From positions 57,474,001 to 57,538,000 of the forward strand of contig NC_058380.1 of NCBI RefSeq assembly GCF_018350175.1: a stretch of 64,000 nt of DNA, read 5' to 3'. The notes under the pieces are model-generated. The model saw only the letters and a program-made list of their open reading frames with translations, was not told where the DNA came from and searched no databases. Source of the DNA: Felis catus. Its lineage: Eukaryota. This document shows positions 42,684 through 54,600 of the stretch, piece after piece. A program made the translations under genes and the position numbers. The stretch's first letter is position 1, and each line of letters starts with the position of its first letter.

Positions 42684-45600
42684 TGCCATTCACACATCTG
42701 TGTTACTAGGCTTGCTAAGAGGAGAACAATGGCTCCTAAGTGAGGGGTCATATAAAGGGTCCTGGTTTGGGATGTAGATGGATGTAGGTTTGAATTCTCA
42801 GTTTGGTCTAGGCTTGAGCCTCAGTTTCCTTATCTGTAAAAACAGGTCATTTTCCCCAAGGCATTGTAAGGATTAAAGCAGATGATGGCTAGGGTAGCAT
42901 GAGACCCAGCTCCTGGCTCAGAAGAGAATATTTGTTGAGTTTGTGCTATCGGTGAGGAAGACTGGTGTGCCTGTTGCTTAGCAGAAATGCCCTGAGTCCT
43001 ACGCTGCTCCTTTTTCTCTTGCATGCTCCCCAGGAGGCCTCTTCCTGACTGACTACTCCACCTGCTCACCCCGCAAGCTGAGTCCCTTCCGCTCCTTTGC
43101 CAGCACTGAGCTCTTCCACTTCCACGTTCCCGAGGACACTTTCCTGGCTGTTTGGAACCTCATCATCTTCAAGGAGCAGGGGGGAACTTTTGGGGACCAC
43201 TGTCCAGACCAAAGTGTGACTGTGTGAGTGTCCAAGTTAACATCCTGACCCCACCTCCAACCCCAGACCACTCTCCAAACTAAAGTGTGACTTTATGAGT
43301 ATCTAAACTGACCTCCTGACCCTGATCCCTGACCCTTGTCTGGATTGAAGTATGACTGAGTGAGGGACAAGACCTTTGTCTCCTGACTACTTCCTGAGTA
43401 CTGTTTGTGTGAGAGTCTGAGCTGACCTTTTACTCTTTATGTCCTGACTCCTGACCTGGAACTACTTTGTTGTATGTATCAGTGTAGGGAATTCACTTGT
43501 GTTATTGGCGATGAGTTGACAGTTCTTCTTTTCCCCATTTCCTGTCTCCCACCCCATTGCCTATTNNNNNNNNNNNNNNNNNNNNNNNNNNNNNNNNNNN
43601 NNNNNNNNNNNNNNNNNNNNNNNNNNNNNNNNNNNNNNNNNNNNNNNNNNNNNNNNNNNNNNNNNNNNNNNNNNNNNNNNNNNNNNNNNNNNNNNNNNNN
43701 NNNNNNNNNNNNNNNNNNNNNNNNNNNNNNNNNNNNNNNNNNNNNNNNNNNNNNNNNNNNNNNNNNNNNNNNNNNNNNNNNNNNNNNNNNNNNNNNNNNN
43801 NNNNNNNNNNNNNNNNNCCAGGAATGAAGGGGCCAAAGCTGCTTCTCCATGTCTGCTGAATTCCCCCCACAGGCTACTTGATATGCTAATCTTGTGCCAG
43901 GGTGGGTAACAGCATAAGGGTGGCTAGGGTGGGGCATAGCTAGAGGGCAGAAGTTTACCTGGTGGGCCAGAGGTCTTGATCTGTAGGAGGCAATTTGGGA
44001 GCCTTAGGAGGATATAGTGGGTCCCAGGTTAGCTGAAGGGAGAGTCCAGAGTCCGGAATCGGTCAGATTCCTGGCACTGTGGAGTAGTGTCCCTATTAGA
44101 AGGTGCAAGGGTTATTCAAGGTGATCACAGAAGCTGCTGCAGAAGCCCAGGACTGGTCTGGTTCTACATCTTGATTGGTGGTAGCTATGCAGACTCTCAT
44201 AGGCTCCAGCTCAGTCGTTGGTCCATCTAGGAGAATGCATTCCTCTTCTCTCATAATTTCAGCCCCCTATACCCTCTGGAAGACCATAGGAGAACACTTG
44301 GGGTCACGGAAGCCCTTTCCTGTTAAAAGGATGCTTTGGGAAGCTGGTGCCCATCCTGGCTGTTGTTTCCTTTTTCTCTAAATATCAGCACTGATTTCAT
44401 AGAACAGAGATTTTTAAAGTCTAAAGTGTAGGTTCAAAGGTCAGGACGCTTCTTTGTTCTGGTTTGGAGGGGAAAGAAATGCCACAAAGATTTCCTGCCA
44501 CCTCCAGGTGCTCGGCAGGCCAGGTTTCCTCCTAGTGATAGGATCTATAGGTTTCTTATTCTTATCCATTGGCAGGAAGGGAGGGTATGATGAGCTGGCC
44601 ATTGTCAGAGTGGGATGGTTATGTGTGTGGGGCCGGTGGTAAGGGTGAAGGACTGAGCATGAACGGAACAAGAATTTAAAGAACAGGATGCTGAAGAACA
44701 TGAAATGTAGTGGGACTTGGCCATTGAGAATTGAAAGGGGCAGAAATTTCCAATTAGGTGAAGCTTTGATTCAGATATATCTCTCCAGGCTGAGTTTCTT
44801 GAGGGCTGTGGCTCTGTGATTGTATCAGGCTTGCCTTTCCTCCTTTTGCTATAGCTTGGTGTTCAGAGAAGGTCTTGTGAGGCTTTTGAATGAGTTGAGA
44901 ATTGTACAGGGACAAGTGCACCGGCACTGCTGTTATCAGAGATGGGAACTAGGTCTGAGGTAGCTTCCTGAGGCCTCAGTGATAGGTCTGTTTTTCCTGA
45001 GAGTGATGTGCCAGAGAATTTCCTGTCAAGGCCTGGGAGTCTTCTGGATGACAGCATGTTAGTAACTCACCTGGAAATGCCTCTGGGTTCTGGGTGGATC
45101 TTGACTCTCTTCAGAACCAAGGGTTATTCTATTCTGAGGAATGTCTTAGGTCTTTGGCCAAATCCCAAAGAGCCCATTCCTGATCGTAACTTTGATCCTT
45201 GACTCTCTTTGTGAGAACTGACAGGGAGAATTCTTCTGAAGCCCTGTTCTAGTTATCCAAAAACCTTTCTGGATGGGCAGGAGGAACCTGGGGCCTAGGC
45301 CTGGACTGGGATTATAGGAGCTAACACCTGGTTAGGAGAGGTCAGAACTAGCCTTGACATAGCCATTTGCATCTAGATATAGGAAGTAGAGTCTGGGGAT
45401 TTGGAACTGCAGGCTGGAGGGTTAGCCAGCAGAACTTCTGGGATGTGGCAACATTAGAGACAAGAGGGCACAGTTATACCTTACCCAATGAATGGCAGCA
45501 GACCTGGATACCATGAGAGATGTAGGTCTTTAGACAAGGACTCTTCTAGAGGCTTCGGGGTAGGGATGGGCAAGGATCATCCTTTTGGTTCCCCTAAGAA

Positions 45601-48600
45601 TTAGATTATCTTTTGGAATCTTACATGGGCCTCTAAGGATTCTTAAGTTCTCTGGGTAATTCCGTAGATTCAATCCTGTGGATGAATTTTCCAGAGTATT
45701 CCTCCAGGGCTCCATCTTCTTGACTTGCTTTCTCCTTATACCATTGTCCTGACTTCCTGTGAGGCTTCGCCTCGGGTGAGGTCTGAAGAGTCCCAACCAT
45801 AAGATGGCAGCACTGTTTCTAGGGCCCTCCTCAGCTTTGGACCTATAGTCCTTGAGCACCTGCTTTGTCTCTGACCTTGGTTTGGGTGTGAGGGACACAG
45901 ATAAATAAGATGTATATTCGTGAGATACAGGAGATGTTTTAAGAGGACAAAGGAGAGATGGCTAACTCGGCTTGGTAGTATGGTGGAGGCGGTTTTAGAA
46001 AATAGGAAGTGAGGCCTGATGTCGAGAAGTAAGGAAAGGCATTCCAGGTGGTGGGGGCAGCATGGGCTAAAGCACAGAAGGGAGAACTGAAGTGGTTCAG
46101 TGTGGAGTGGTTGTTGGAGTGGGTGAGAGAGCTGGAGGGGTGAGCAGAGCAGATGGTGAAGGACATAGAAGCTTGAACTTTATCCTGAGAGTGATTGGGA
46201 TCCTTAAGAGCTGGTAAAAGGGAAGTGCGTTATCTGGCCCTGGCCATTCTCCTGAGCTCTGTGGAGAGTTCTGCGAGCTCCCGTGTCCATGCCATTCACT
46301 GCTGTATTCCTAGCACCCAGCACAGAGCCTGGCACGTAGTGAGGGCATGGCATATTTTTATTGTTCTTCTGCCATCTTCTCAAATTCATAGTGTCCAAAA
46401 CTGATCTCACTTCTCCTTTCCTTTTCCCCCTTTTCCTATCAACCTCTTCTGTCTTGACTCATGCCCTCCATCACCTTGTTTTCCCTGTCTCGGAGCATGT
46501 GCTCGTTCTGTGGTGCCCAGCCTGCACTGAGGGACTGGCCTTTGGATTGTAGATAACATCTGGCACCCACATGGCTCATTAGGGGAAAGTTTTCCAAATG
46601 TGTGGAGCAGAGTTCTCCTCAAATGCTTCCTCTTTCCAGCTCCAAGATTTGAAAGTAAATGAAAGCAGGTAAAATAATGAAAACAAGGATAGGAAAACAA
46701 AGAAACAGACTAGAGAAGAAAGGATTCGGCTGAATCCACCAACTAAGACCAAGTGAAGCTCTGTGTCTCAACTTGAAGAGATTAAAATCTACTAACAGTG
46801 CTCATTCTGCTCTTCCTGCTCCTTCTAAATTATTATATTTGTGTTTCAAATAGGTAATATATGCACCTGGTACAACATTCGAAAGGTACAAAAGGCATAC
46901 AGTGAAAAGTAAGTCTTCCTCTCATCTCCTTCCGGTCCCCACTTCCCCTCTCCAGAGTTAAGTAGTAACTAGCTGTTAACTAGTTCCTTATATTACTCTT
47001 TCCTAACTGAAACACTTTTTCCTTTTGGCCATTGTGACTTTACAGAACTGTCCTTATTTTCCTCCTGTCCACCTCTTCCTCCTTCTCTGTGTCCTTTCTT
47101 GGTGTCTCCTCTGCCTGGTGCATATTGTGGGGCCCCAGTGCTAGGTCCTGAGACAGTTCCTTTTTTATTTCTCCATTCTCTTGTTAGGTGTCCCAAGAAG
47201 AATAGTTTTAAATACCACCTATAGGTTATGCCTTCCAAGTGTATTCCATGAGTCCTCATTTCTTTGAACTTCAGACTTTGTATTTAACTGCTCACTTGGT
47301 ATCTCTGATTGGATGTCCAAGAAATGTCTCAAACTTAGCATGTACAAATCAAAACAAAGCCAAAAGTAAAAATCTCTTTGATTCCCATTTTACTTCTTCT
47401 AGGCTAAGCCTCTTCTCTCTCTTTTCTTCTCCATAAATTGGCACTGCTATTCACCATTTGTTCAAGCTCCAAATTTTGGTGTCATACTTGATTCTTCTTT
47501 TCCCTTTAATTCTCTATAGCTACTCCATAAAGAAAAAGTCTTGTTGACTCTACTTCTAAAGCATGCTCTGGAGGCATCCACTTCTCTCTTTCCACTCTGA
47601 GCATACCTTCCCTGAGCTTTGTCCTGGACCACTGCAGTAACCTCCCAGGCCTCTCCCTGCTTCCACTCTTGCCCCCTGCCGTCTGTCCAGCACTCTTCCA
47701 TGTTGATTGGTGCTGACCGAATGTGGGCCAGGGATTGTGCTGGGTACTGGGATATCCCTACAGAGAAGGGCAAGTGTCTTTGGGCATCTTAGTCTGTAAG
47801 CCCTATCCAGAGTCTAGCTACCCTGCTCAGGCCTTCCTTAGGAAACTCAGCCCAGCCATACTAGGACATTTAGGGTTCAGTTGAAGGCTTTCCTTCCCAG
47901 CTTCTTTCAGACTGGTTCACACTCTACTTCTCACTTTGGCCCTCCTGGTTTCTCAGGTGTCCTTGCTTTGGCCCTGTTCCTTACCTGACTGCTGATGTTG
48001 GCTCAGTTTGGACTCTCTCACCTGGCTCATGCCTTGGCAGCTCCTGAAGACCTGGCTTCTGGTGCCCTTTCTCTTGCCCTATCATAGGGCGAAGGCTGCT
48101 GTACCTCTGCACCTTCCCTGCTCTTCACCGATTGAGTGCTTCCTTCCACGATAAAGGAGGAGTGTTAGATGTGCCTATTATACAGTTTAAGGAAGGAATG
48201 CATTTTAACCATTGAGGTCATGTCCACTAATCCTTCAGTTAAGCCAACAGCAAGAAAGATGTGGAGGAAAGTATCTCTTCCCCCGAATTGTCCATCCTGC
48301 AAGGAAATGAGCCACCTCCCAAGTGTGAGCCTCCACCCTTGGGGCTTGCTTACTGCAAAGTTATTGTGGTGGTAATTCCTGCCCTAGGAAGTGGGGTTGA
48401 TGAGATGCCTTGTGTTAGTATTTCTGGGCCTTAGGGTTTGACACCAAAGATGCGGGATCTGCTTTGGATTTCAGAGATGGAGGTCTCTGAGCAACTAGGT
48501 AGTTTGAAGAGCTCTCTGAAAGGATCCTCTTTTTTATCACCTAGTATTTGCCAGGTGGTGTGCTAGGCATTGAGGATGCAATGCTGCAAAAGGCACAGAA

Positions 48601-51600
48601 GAATTCCAGGCGAAGGGTAGTGAGATCTTCTGGCCTGGCATCCGTCAAGGCCTTCTTCCAGCCTTGTGGAGTTTTGCTGGAAGTCAGTGCCTTGGCTGGC
48701 TTATTCCATGGTATGGAACTCGGTAGGATGTCAGAGCCTGCAACATTTGTCAGAATGAGGTTTAGAGGTTTGTCTTGGTCAGAATAACCACATAAATAAA
48801 CAGTAGCCTCCAGTTTAGTGGGCCCACATAAGGCCATTTGTCCAGAATAACAGAGAAGCCTAATCAGGAACCCCATCCTCTGAATTGCTAGGATTGGTGG
48901 GCTTAGGTAGCTGCAGATGTTGCAGAAGAGGAACCAGAACAAAGGGACTGTGCCCACTGAAGAGTGAGGAGGCTGTGTGTGCCAGGTGGTGTGAACTGAG
49001 TCGACACGGGTCAGGGATTTCACCCAGAAGAGCAGCTTAGATGTGACTGTTGTCCAGCAACGGAAGAAACCTAGCCTGATTCAGAAGAAGCAGATGAATC
49101 TGTGGGTCTCCTGAGGCAGAGCAGTGGGAGGGGAGACAGAAAACAGGCTTTGGCTTCATAAACATCAGAGCTGCCCCCAGCTGTGTTGATTGATTGATTG
49201 GTTCATATATTCAGCAGACATTGATCTGTGAGGTATGCACTTTATATTAGGTTCCATGTCTGGGGAGCAAAAATAAAATAAGACAAGGTTCCTGTTTTCA
49301 AGCTGTTTACAGTCTGGAGGTTGCCTAGGAGGTAGAGTGGCCCTTCCCTGGAGGTGTTAAAGCAGAGGCTGGACAAGCTCTTGGGAGGGCAGGTGGGGGA
49401 TAAAAGAAATTAAAGATTCAGATTAGTAGGCTCCGGTGGGTTTGGACTGGAGGCCTCAAGGAGCTTTCTAACCCCCAAAGAGAGCCGGTGTTCTAAGTTT
49501 TTGAGGGCTTGGAGGGGAAATGGGGTAGTTTGAAATTGCATCAAGGGATGGTCCAGGACTGCTCAGGAGGAGGAGTTAGAGTGGAGGAGGAGCGGGCCTG
49601 ATTGTCAGGAAGGACTGGGTTTGAGTCCCCAAACAGCCAAGGCCGAGGATCACAGCAGATCCTAGAGACCTAGGAAAGACAGAGGTGCAGACAAGGCAGG
49701 AGGGACCTAGGGCCTAGAGAGACCTCAATCCTAGCTCTGGGGGCAAGAGGCCAGAGGAGCTTTGTCCCCGACCCCTCAGCAGATTCTGTTTGCCTTGCTT
49801 TAGTATCACCCTTGCTGTCTCTACCCTCCCACCACCCCTGCTTTTGTCTCAGGGTCTCCAGGATGAGTGTCAGTACCTCCTTCAGCCGCAGCTGATTGTC
49901 CGGCGTTTGCTGGATGTTGCTGTGCTGGTGCCTGGCCGTCCCTCAGAGCAAACCCTCTCCCCGCACAATCGCTCAGCCCTGTACAAGTAAGTCAGATACT
50001 CCCCCAAACCTGATCCTTTCCCTCTTCCTTTCCCTCTTCCTTCCCTGGCCTCAAACAGGCAATAGCGTTCTTTTGGCTTCTTTTCACCCTGTGGCCAACC
50101 TGGGCTGCTGGGCCACCCAAAGCCCTGAGGGTGGGTTGGACCCCTGCCTCCCTCTCTCTCAGCATGGACAGGAGGACCTGAAAAGGCCTCCTGTTATCCC
50201 CTGTCCCTTCCTGCTAACTTCTTCCTAGTGTTTTCTTCATTCTGGTGTCCTTCTCACCCTCTCACCTGTCCTTTCTTACCCCCAACCTCCCCTCTGTCCA
50301 GGGTCTTTGTGCCCAGCTTTACTTACAGGGTTTCAGCACAGCTGGTATGTGTGGGGAGTCGCGGGGCATCGGTCTGCCCCCTGACACTGCGCCTACGTCC
50401 CAAGGCCCCACCCCTGCACAACTCAAGCTCTGTATCCTGTGGAGGTGCCTCGATGTGCCAGCTGGAGCTGGCACTCCCCCCCTGGGGGCACTGGGTCTAC
50501 GTGCGTGTGGAGATACCATCCCGGGGTCCTGGCAGGACCATCCGCTTCCAGCTGTGTGTGCGGTTGCAAGGTCAGAAGCCCCACAGCTGCCTCTGCCACT
50601 CAGCCTGTGCTGATATCTGTGGCTGGGAAGAGGCAGCGTGGTGGCTGTGTTCATTGACCCTCTGCCATGTCCCTGTAGTCTGCTCAACTCCACCCAGGCT
50701 CCTTTACACTCCCAAAAGCCCTACCAACTTGGAGATTTGATCTGTTGGAAGGCCTTCAGATCATTATTTTGCACCGGATTTGGGGCTAACTAAGGGACCT
50801 CAATACTTTCCTTGGCTTAGTCTCTTTTTCAGTTTCCTAGGGTAGGCAGGGGCATCGAAAACCACCGCCCTTGCCAAAGCCCATGCCAAACACTGAGAGG
50901 GCCCATCATCTGTTTCAACAGTGTCTTCACTGCCCTTAGGGAGGGACAGATGACTTGGACTCCCTCCACATGACATGACATTAGCTGTGACCACTAGGAA
51001 CCCCCTGGGCCCGATCCTGTGACCCTGGATTCCCCATATTCCCAAGGGGCATTTGATTCTAGTTCTTGTCTCTCCCTACCCTTTGCTAATTCCTGTCTGG
51101 CTCAGATCTGGTTTGTGGTGGGGCTGCAGGGCTTGTGAGGGCAGCAGGCCCCAGCACTGATTTCCTCTGCCCACAGAGTGCCCGCAGCCCAGCCTGTCCC
51201 GTGTCCTGGTCCCTGGAGCTGCCATGAACATGCCCCAGTCACTGGGCAACCAACCACTGCCCCCAGAGCCGCCATCCCTGGGGGCCTCTCCTGAGGGGCC
51301 TGGGGCCACATCTCCACCAGAGCACTGCTGGCCAGTGCGCCCAACGCTGCGTAATGAACTGGATACCTTCTCTGTCCACTTCTACATCTTCTTTGGCCCC
51401 AGCGTGGCCCTCCCCCCTGAGCGCCCGGCAGTGTTTGCCCTGAGGCTGCTGCCAGTGCTGGACAGTGGGGGCGTCCTCAGCCTGGAGCTCCAGCTCAATG
51501 TGGTACTCTTGGTGGAAAGCAGCGGGGGCGGTGGGGGGGGGGGGGGAAGGTTGTCCTGGAGGGGAACTTAAAGGAGAAGGTGTCAGGGGTGTGGGGGCTC

Positions 51601-54600
51601 TTAACTCCTTCTGGAAGCATATCTGGGTTCCTTTTGACCAACTTTATGATTAGCGACCATGTCTCAGCCCAATTCTGGTCAAAAAACATTCCCCTGAGTA
51701 TTGACTTTACTACAGATGGGCTAGGTCAGCCAGGGCAACTCAGAGTGGGCTAAACTTATCCCAGTTTTATAGGTTAACCTTCCGCTTCCTAAGGGTCTCT
51801 ATGGCAGGTGTTCACTTTTCTTGCAAATCTCCTGTGATGGGGAGTTCATCACCTCTTATGGCCATGCCGTCCATATTTAGCTCTGATTGCTAAAGGCAGT
51901 CTTCACATTCCATGAAAATCTGCCTCCGTGGATTTCTATCCACCAATCTTTGTTTTGCCCCTGAAGCTATTGCCAGTAAATCTATCCTTGTCCTTTTTAT
52001 TTTTTTTTAAATTAATAGACTTGATTTTTCAGAGAAGTTTTAAGCTTATAGAAAAGTTGAGCAGAAAGTAGAGAGTTCCTATATCCCCCCTCTTTCCCTG
52101 CACAGTTTCCTCTATTATTTACACCTTGAATCGGTGTGGTACAGTTGTTATATGCTGTCTTATTTTAACAGTCCTTCATATGCCCCTCAATCTCCCCTAA
52201 GCTGAACAGTCTCAGCATCTTAGACATCTCCCCTCCTCTGCTGTCTCCTCTGGTCATGGTGTCTCTGAGATCAGTGATCCAAGGGGGTCTGACCAGGGTG
52301 GCAGGTGGTGTTTGTGCAGCCTGAGATCCAGTTCCCTCTTTCAGCTTCCACATCACACTGGGGAATCACCTGGGGCCGCGGTGAACTAACATCTTGAGGT
52401 CTTTTCCTTTTTCCTTTTTATTTTCTTCAAAACAGTTGTAGACACTTACTTTTTTATTATAAAAATAATAGGATCACATGTAAAAGTTTTGGAAAGTCGA
52501 AGACATAAAATTGTGTGTCCTCTCAGTCCTTTTTCATATTAACTTCTGTGTTTATCTACTTGCAACCAAGGGGCATACGCATTTTCATGCTCTGAACCTG
52601 CCTGTGGACTGCTGCCCATTCCTGTCTCATATTTTTGCAGTGAACTTTGTAACTTGAATGGAAGAATTCATGTCCATCTTTGAGCCATTGCCTAATACTA
52701 GTTTGGGCCTTGGGTCGTCCCTGCTTTTTGTAATTCACACACTTGAAGAGCCAGGCTTCATTATTTTCAGCATTAAATAAGACTGGGCTGAGGGCAGAGT
52801 CCTGTATCAGGACCTTAGTGACTGTCTTAGACTGGCATTGATCCAATAATTTATGTACTGTTTCCCCAGCCAGGCTTTTAACTCTATTATTCCCCTGCTC
52901 CGGGGTCAGGCACCATTTTCCTATCAGCCAACCTGAGACCTGATCTGTGGCTAGATGTGGTCTTTTATGGCACATGGCTCAGAACTTTTTGTCCTTCTGC
53001 TGGTCAGGACAGAGCAGATTCTTCAACCTGAAGACATTCCTTATTTTCATACTTAAATTTGGACTCTTACTGCCTTTGGGCAGTGACAGTGAGGTCTTGA
53101 TTTGACCTTGAAACTGTAGCACCCATTTCAGAGACCAGCACCACGCATACTTGTTCTTCCTCAGTGTCTTGAGAGTAGAAGGCCAGTGTCCCCACCCCCC
53201 ATGGCTCCTCCCTGGCCCTTTCTGCATTCATCCGCTTATATTACACCCATCTATATGCCATGACATTTGTTACCCACTGCAAACAGTCCGTTATATTTAT
53301 TCTGAAAGATGTTGGCTCATCTTCTATGCTTTTTCCCTCCAAGTATTTTAATTTTTTTCCCCTTGGAATCAAGAACTGAACATTTGGATCACAGAACTGC
53401 ATACCTAGAGGACATTTTTCCTTTGGCTTCCCACTAGAATGATTTCTATGGAATACTCTGGCATATTACCCTGGCTTGCATTGAAGGAAGTTATAAGCAA
53501 GTTGTATGAAATTCACCCTTGTGGTTGAGGACAGGATGCATGACAGAACACAGTGCTTCTTTGATTAGAATTTTCCTGAGAACCACCCCTTTGGATGCTG
53601 TACTTCTGAGACTCCGATTAAATTTTATCTTATGGACTCATAAGATAAAATCTGGTAACTCATTATGTTTCCTTTTTTGCTTTGGTTGCTTGGAAGTCAG
53701 CATCAAATATATGGCTCTCAGCTAGAGACAGACTTTATTTTCTTATCTTGATCTTTAAATTTCCCTCATGCATTTACTTCATCCTATTATATGCATTTAA
53801 TAAGCTACCTCAAATCCTTCTTGAATGAGGTGAGCTTATGGCATCCTGTTACTTTTATTGTTGTAGACGCTCCTTACGTTTAGTCCTGTGGATATCTGGT
53901 TTCTTTAAATCCCAGACAGGTTGCTACATTAACCCCTCGGGCATTCTGTTACTGATATTTAGTACCTAGGATCACTTCACCTGAGGAAGAATACATTTCT
54001 TTACACGCCTCCTGCCTTCAGACCCAGGTGAAGATAAGAAGGTGACTGAAAACCTTACACTTACTTTTGTTCACAACTAGTTTCGACATCCAGCAACAGT
54101 CCCCCTCCTATTCCCTCCAGCAAGCTAGACAGGACTGAAACAGGATGTTCTCCCTTGCCTAGACAGAGTTCAAACAATTCTGCTCAAAGACAACATTCAG
54201 AATTGGCCCTTTCCTTCTCATTAGTTTTTGAAAGATCTCTGCTGTGGAAGATCTGGTGTTCTCCACTTTTTCTGTTCTAAGAATGGAGACGAGAGAGGGA
54301 GAGGGAGAGAAAAAGACGGGGAGAAGGAGAAAGGCAGGCTTTGACGTGGAGAGCACCTACAGGAATGGATGTCCAGCGAGCTCTTGGAGGGGTTTCTGGA
54401 GAAGGGTTAACAGGTGTAGGAGTCTGGGGGCGGTGGGGTGGTGGTAGGGCTTGGAGGGTGTGACTGCCTCTTCTTCATACCTGCCCTCCTCAGAGCTCCC
54501 TGCGCCAGGAAAACGTGACAGTGTTCGGATGCCTGACTCACGAGGTGCCCTTGAGCCTGGGGGATGCAGCAGTGACCTGTTCTAAAGGTGGGGGTGAGGA

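Noticed and set aside
41380-45900. Intronic stretches in TMEM8B that look LTR- or ERV-like
   Set aside because: I could not identify termini, TSDs or a translatable motif, so they are left unassigned.
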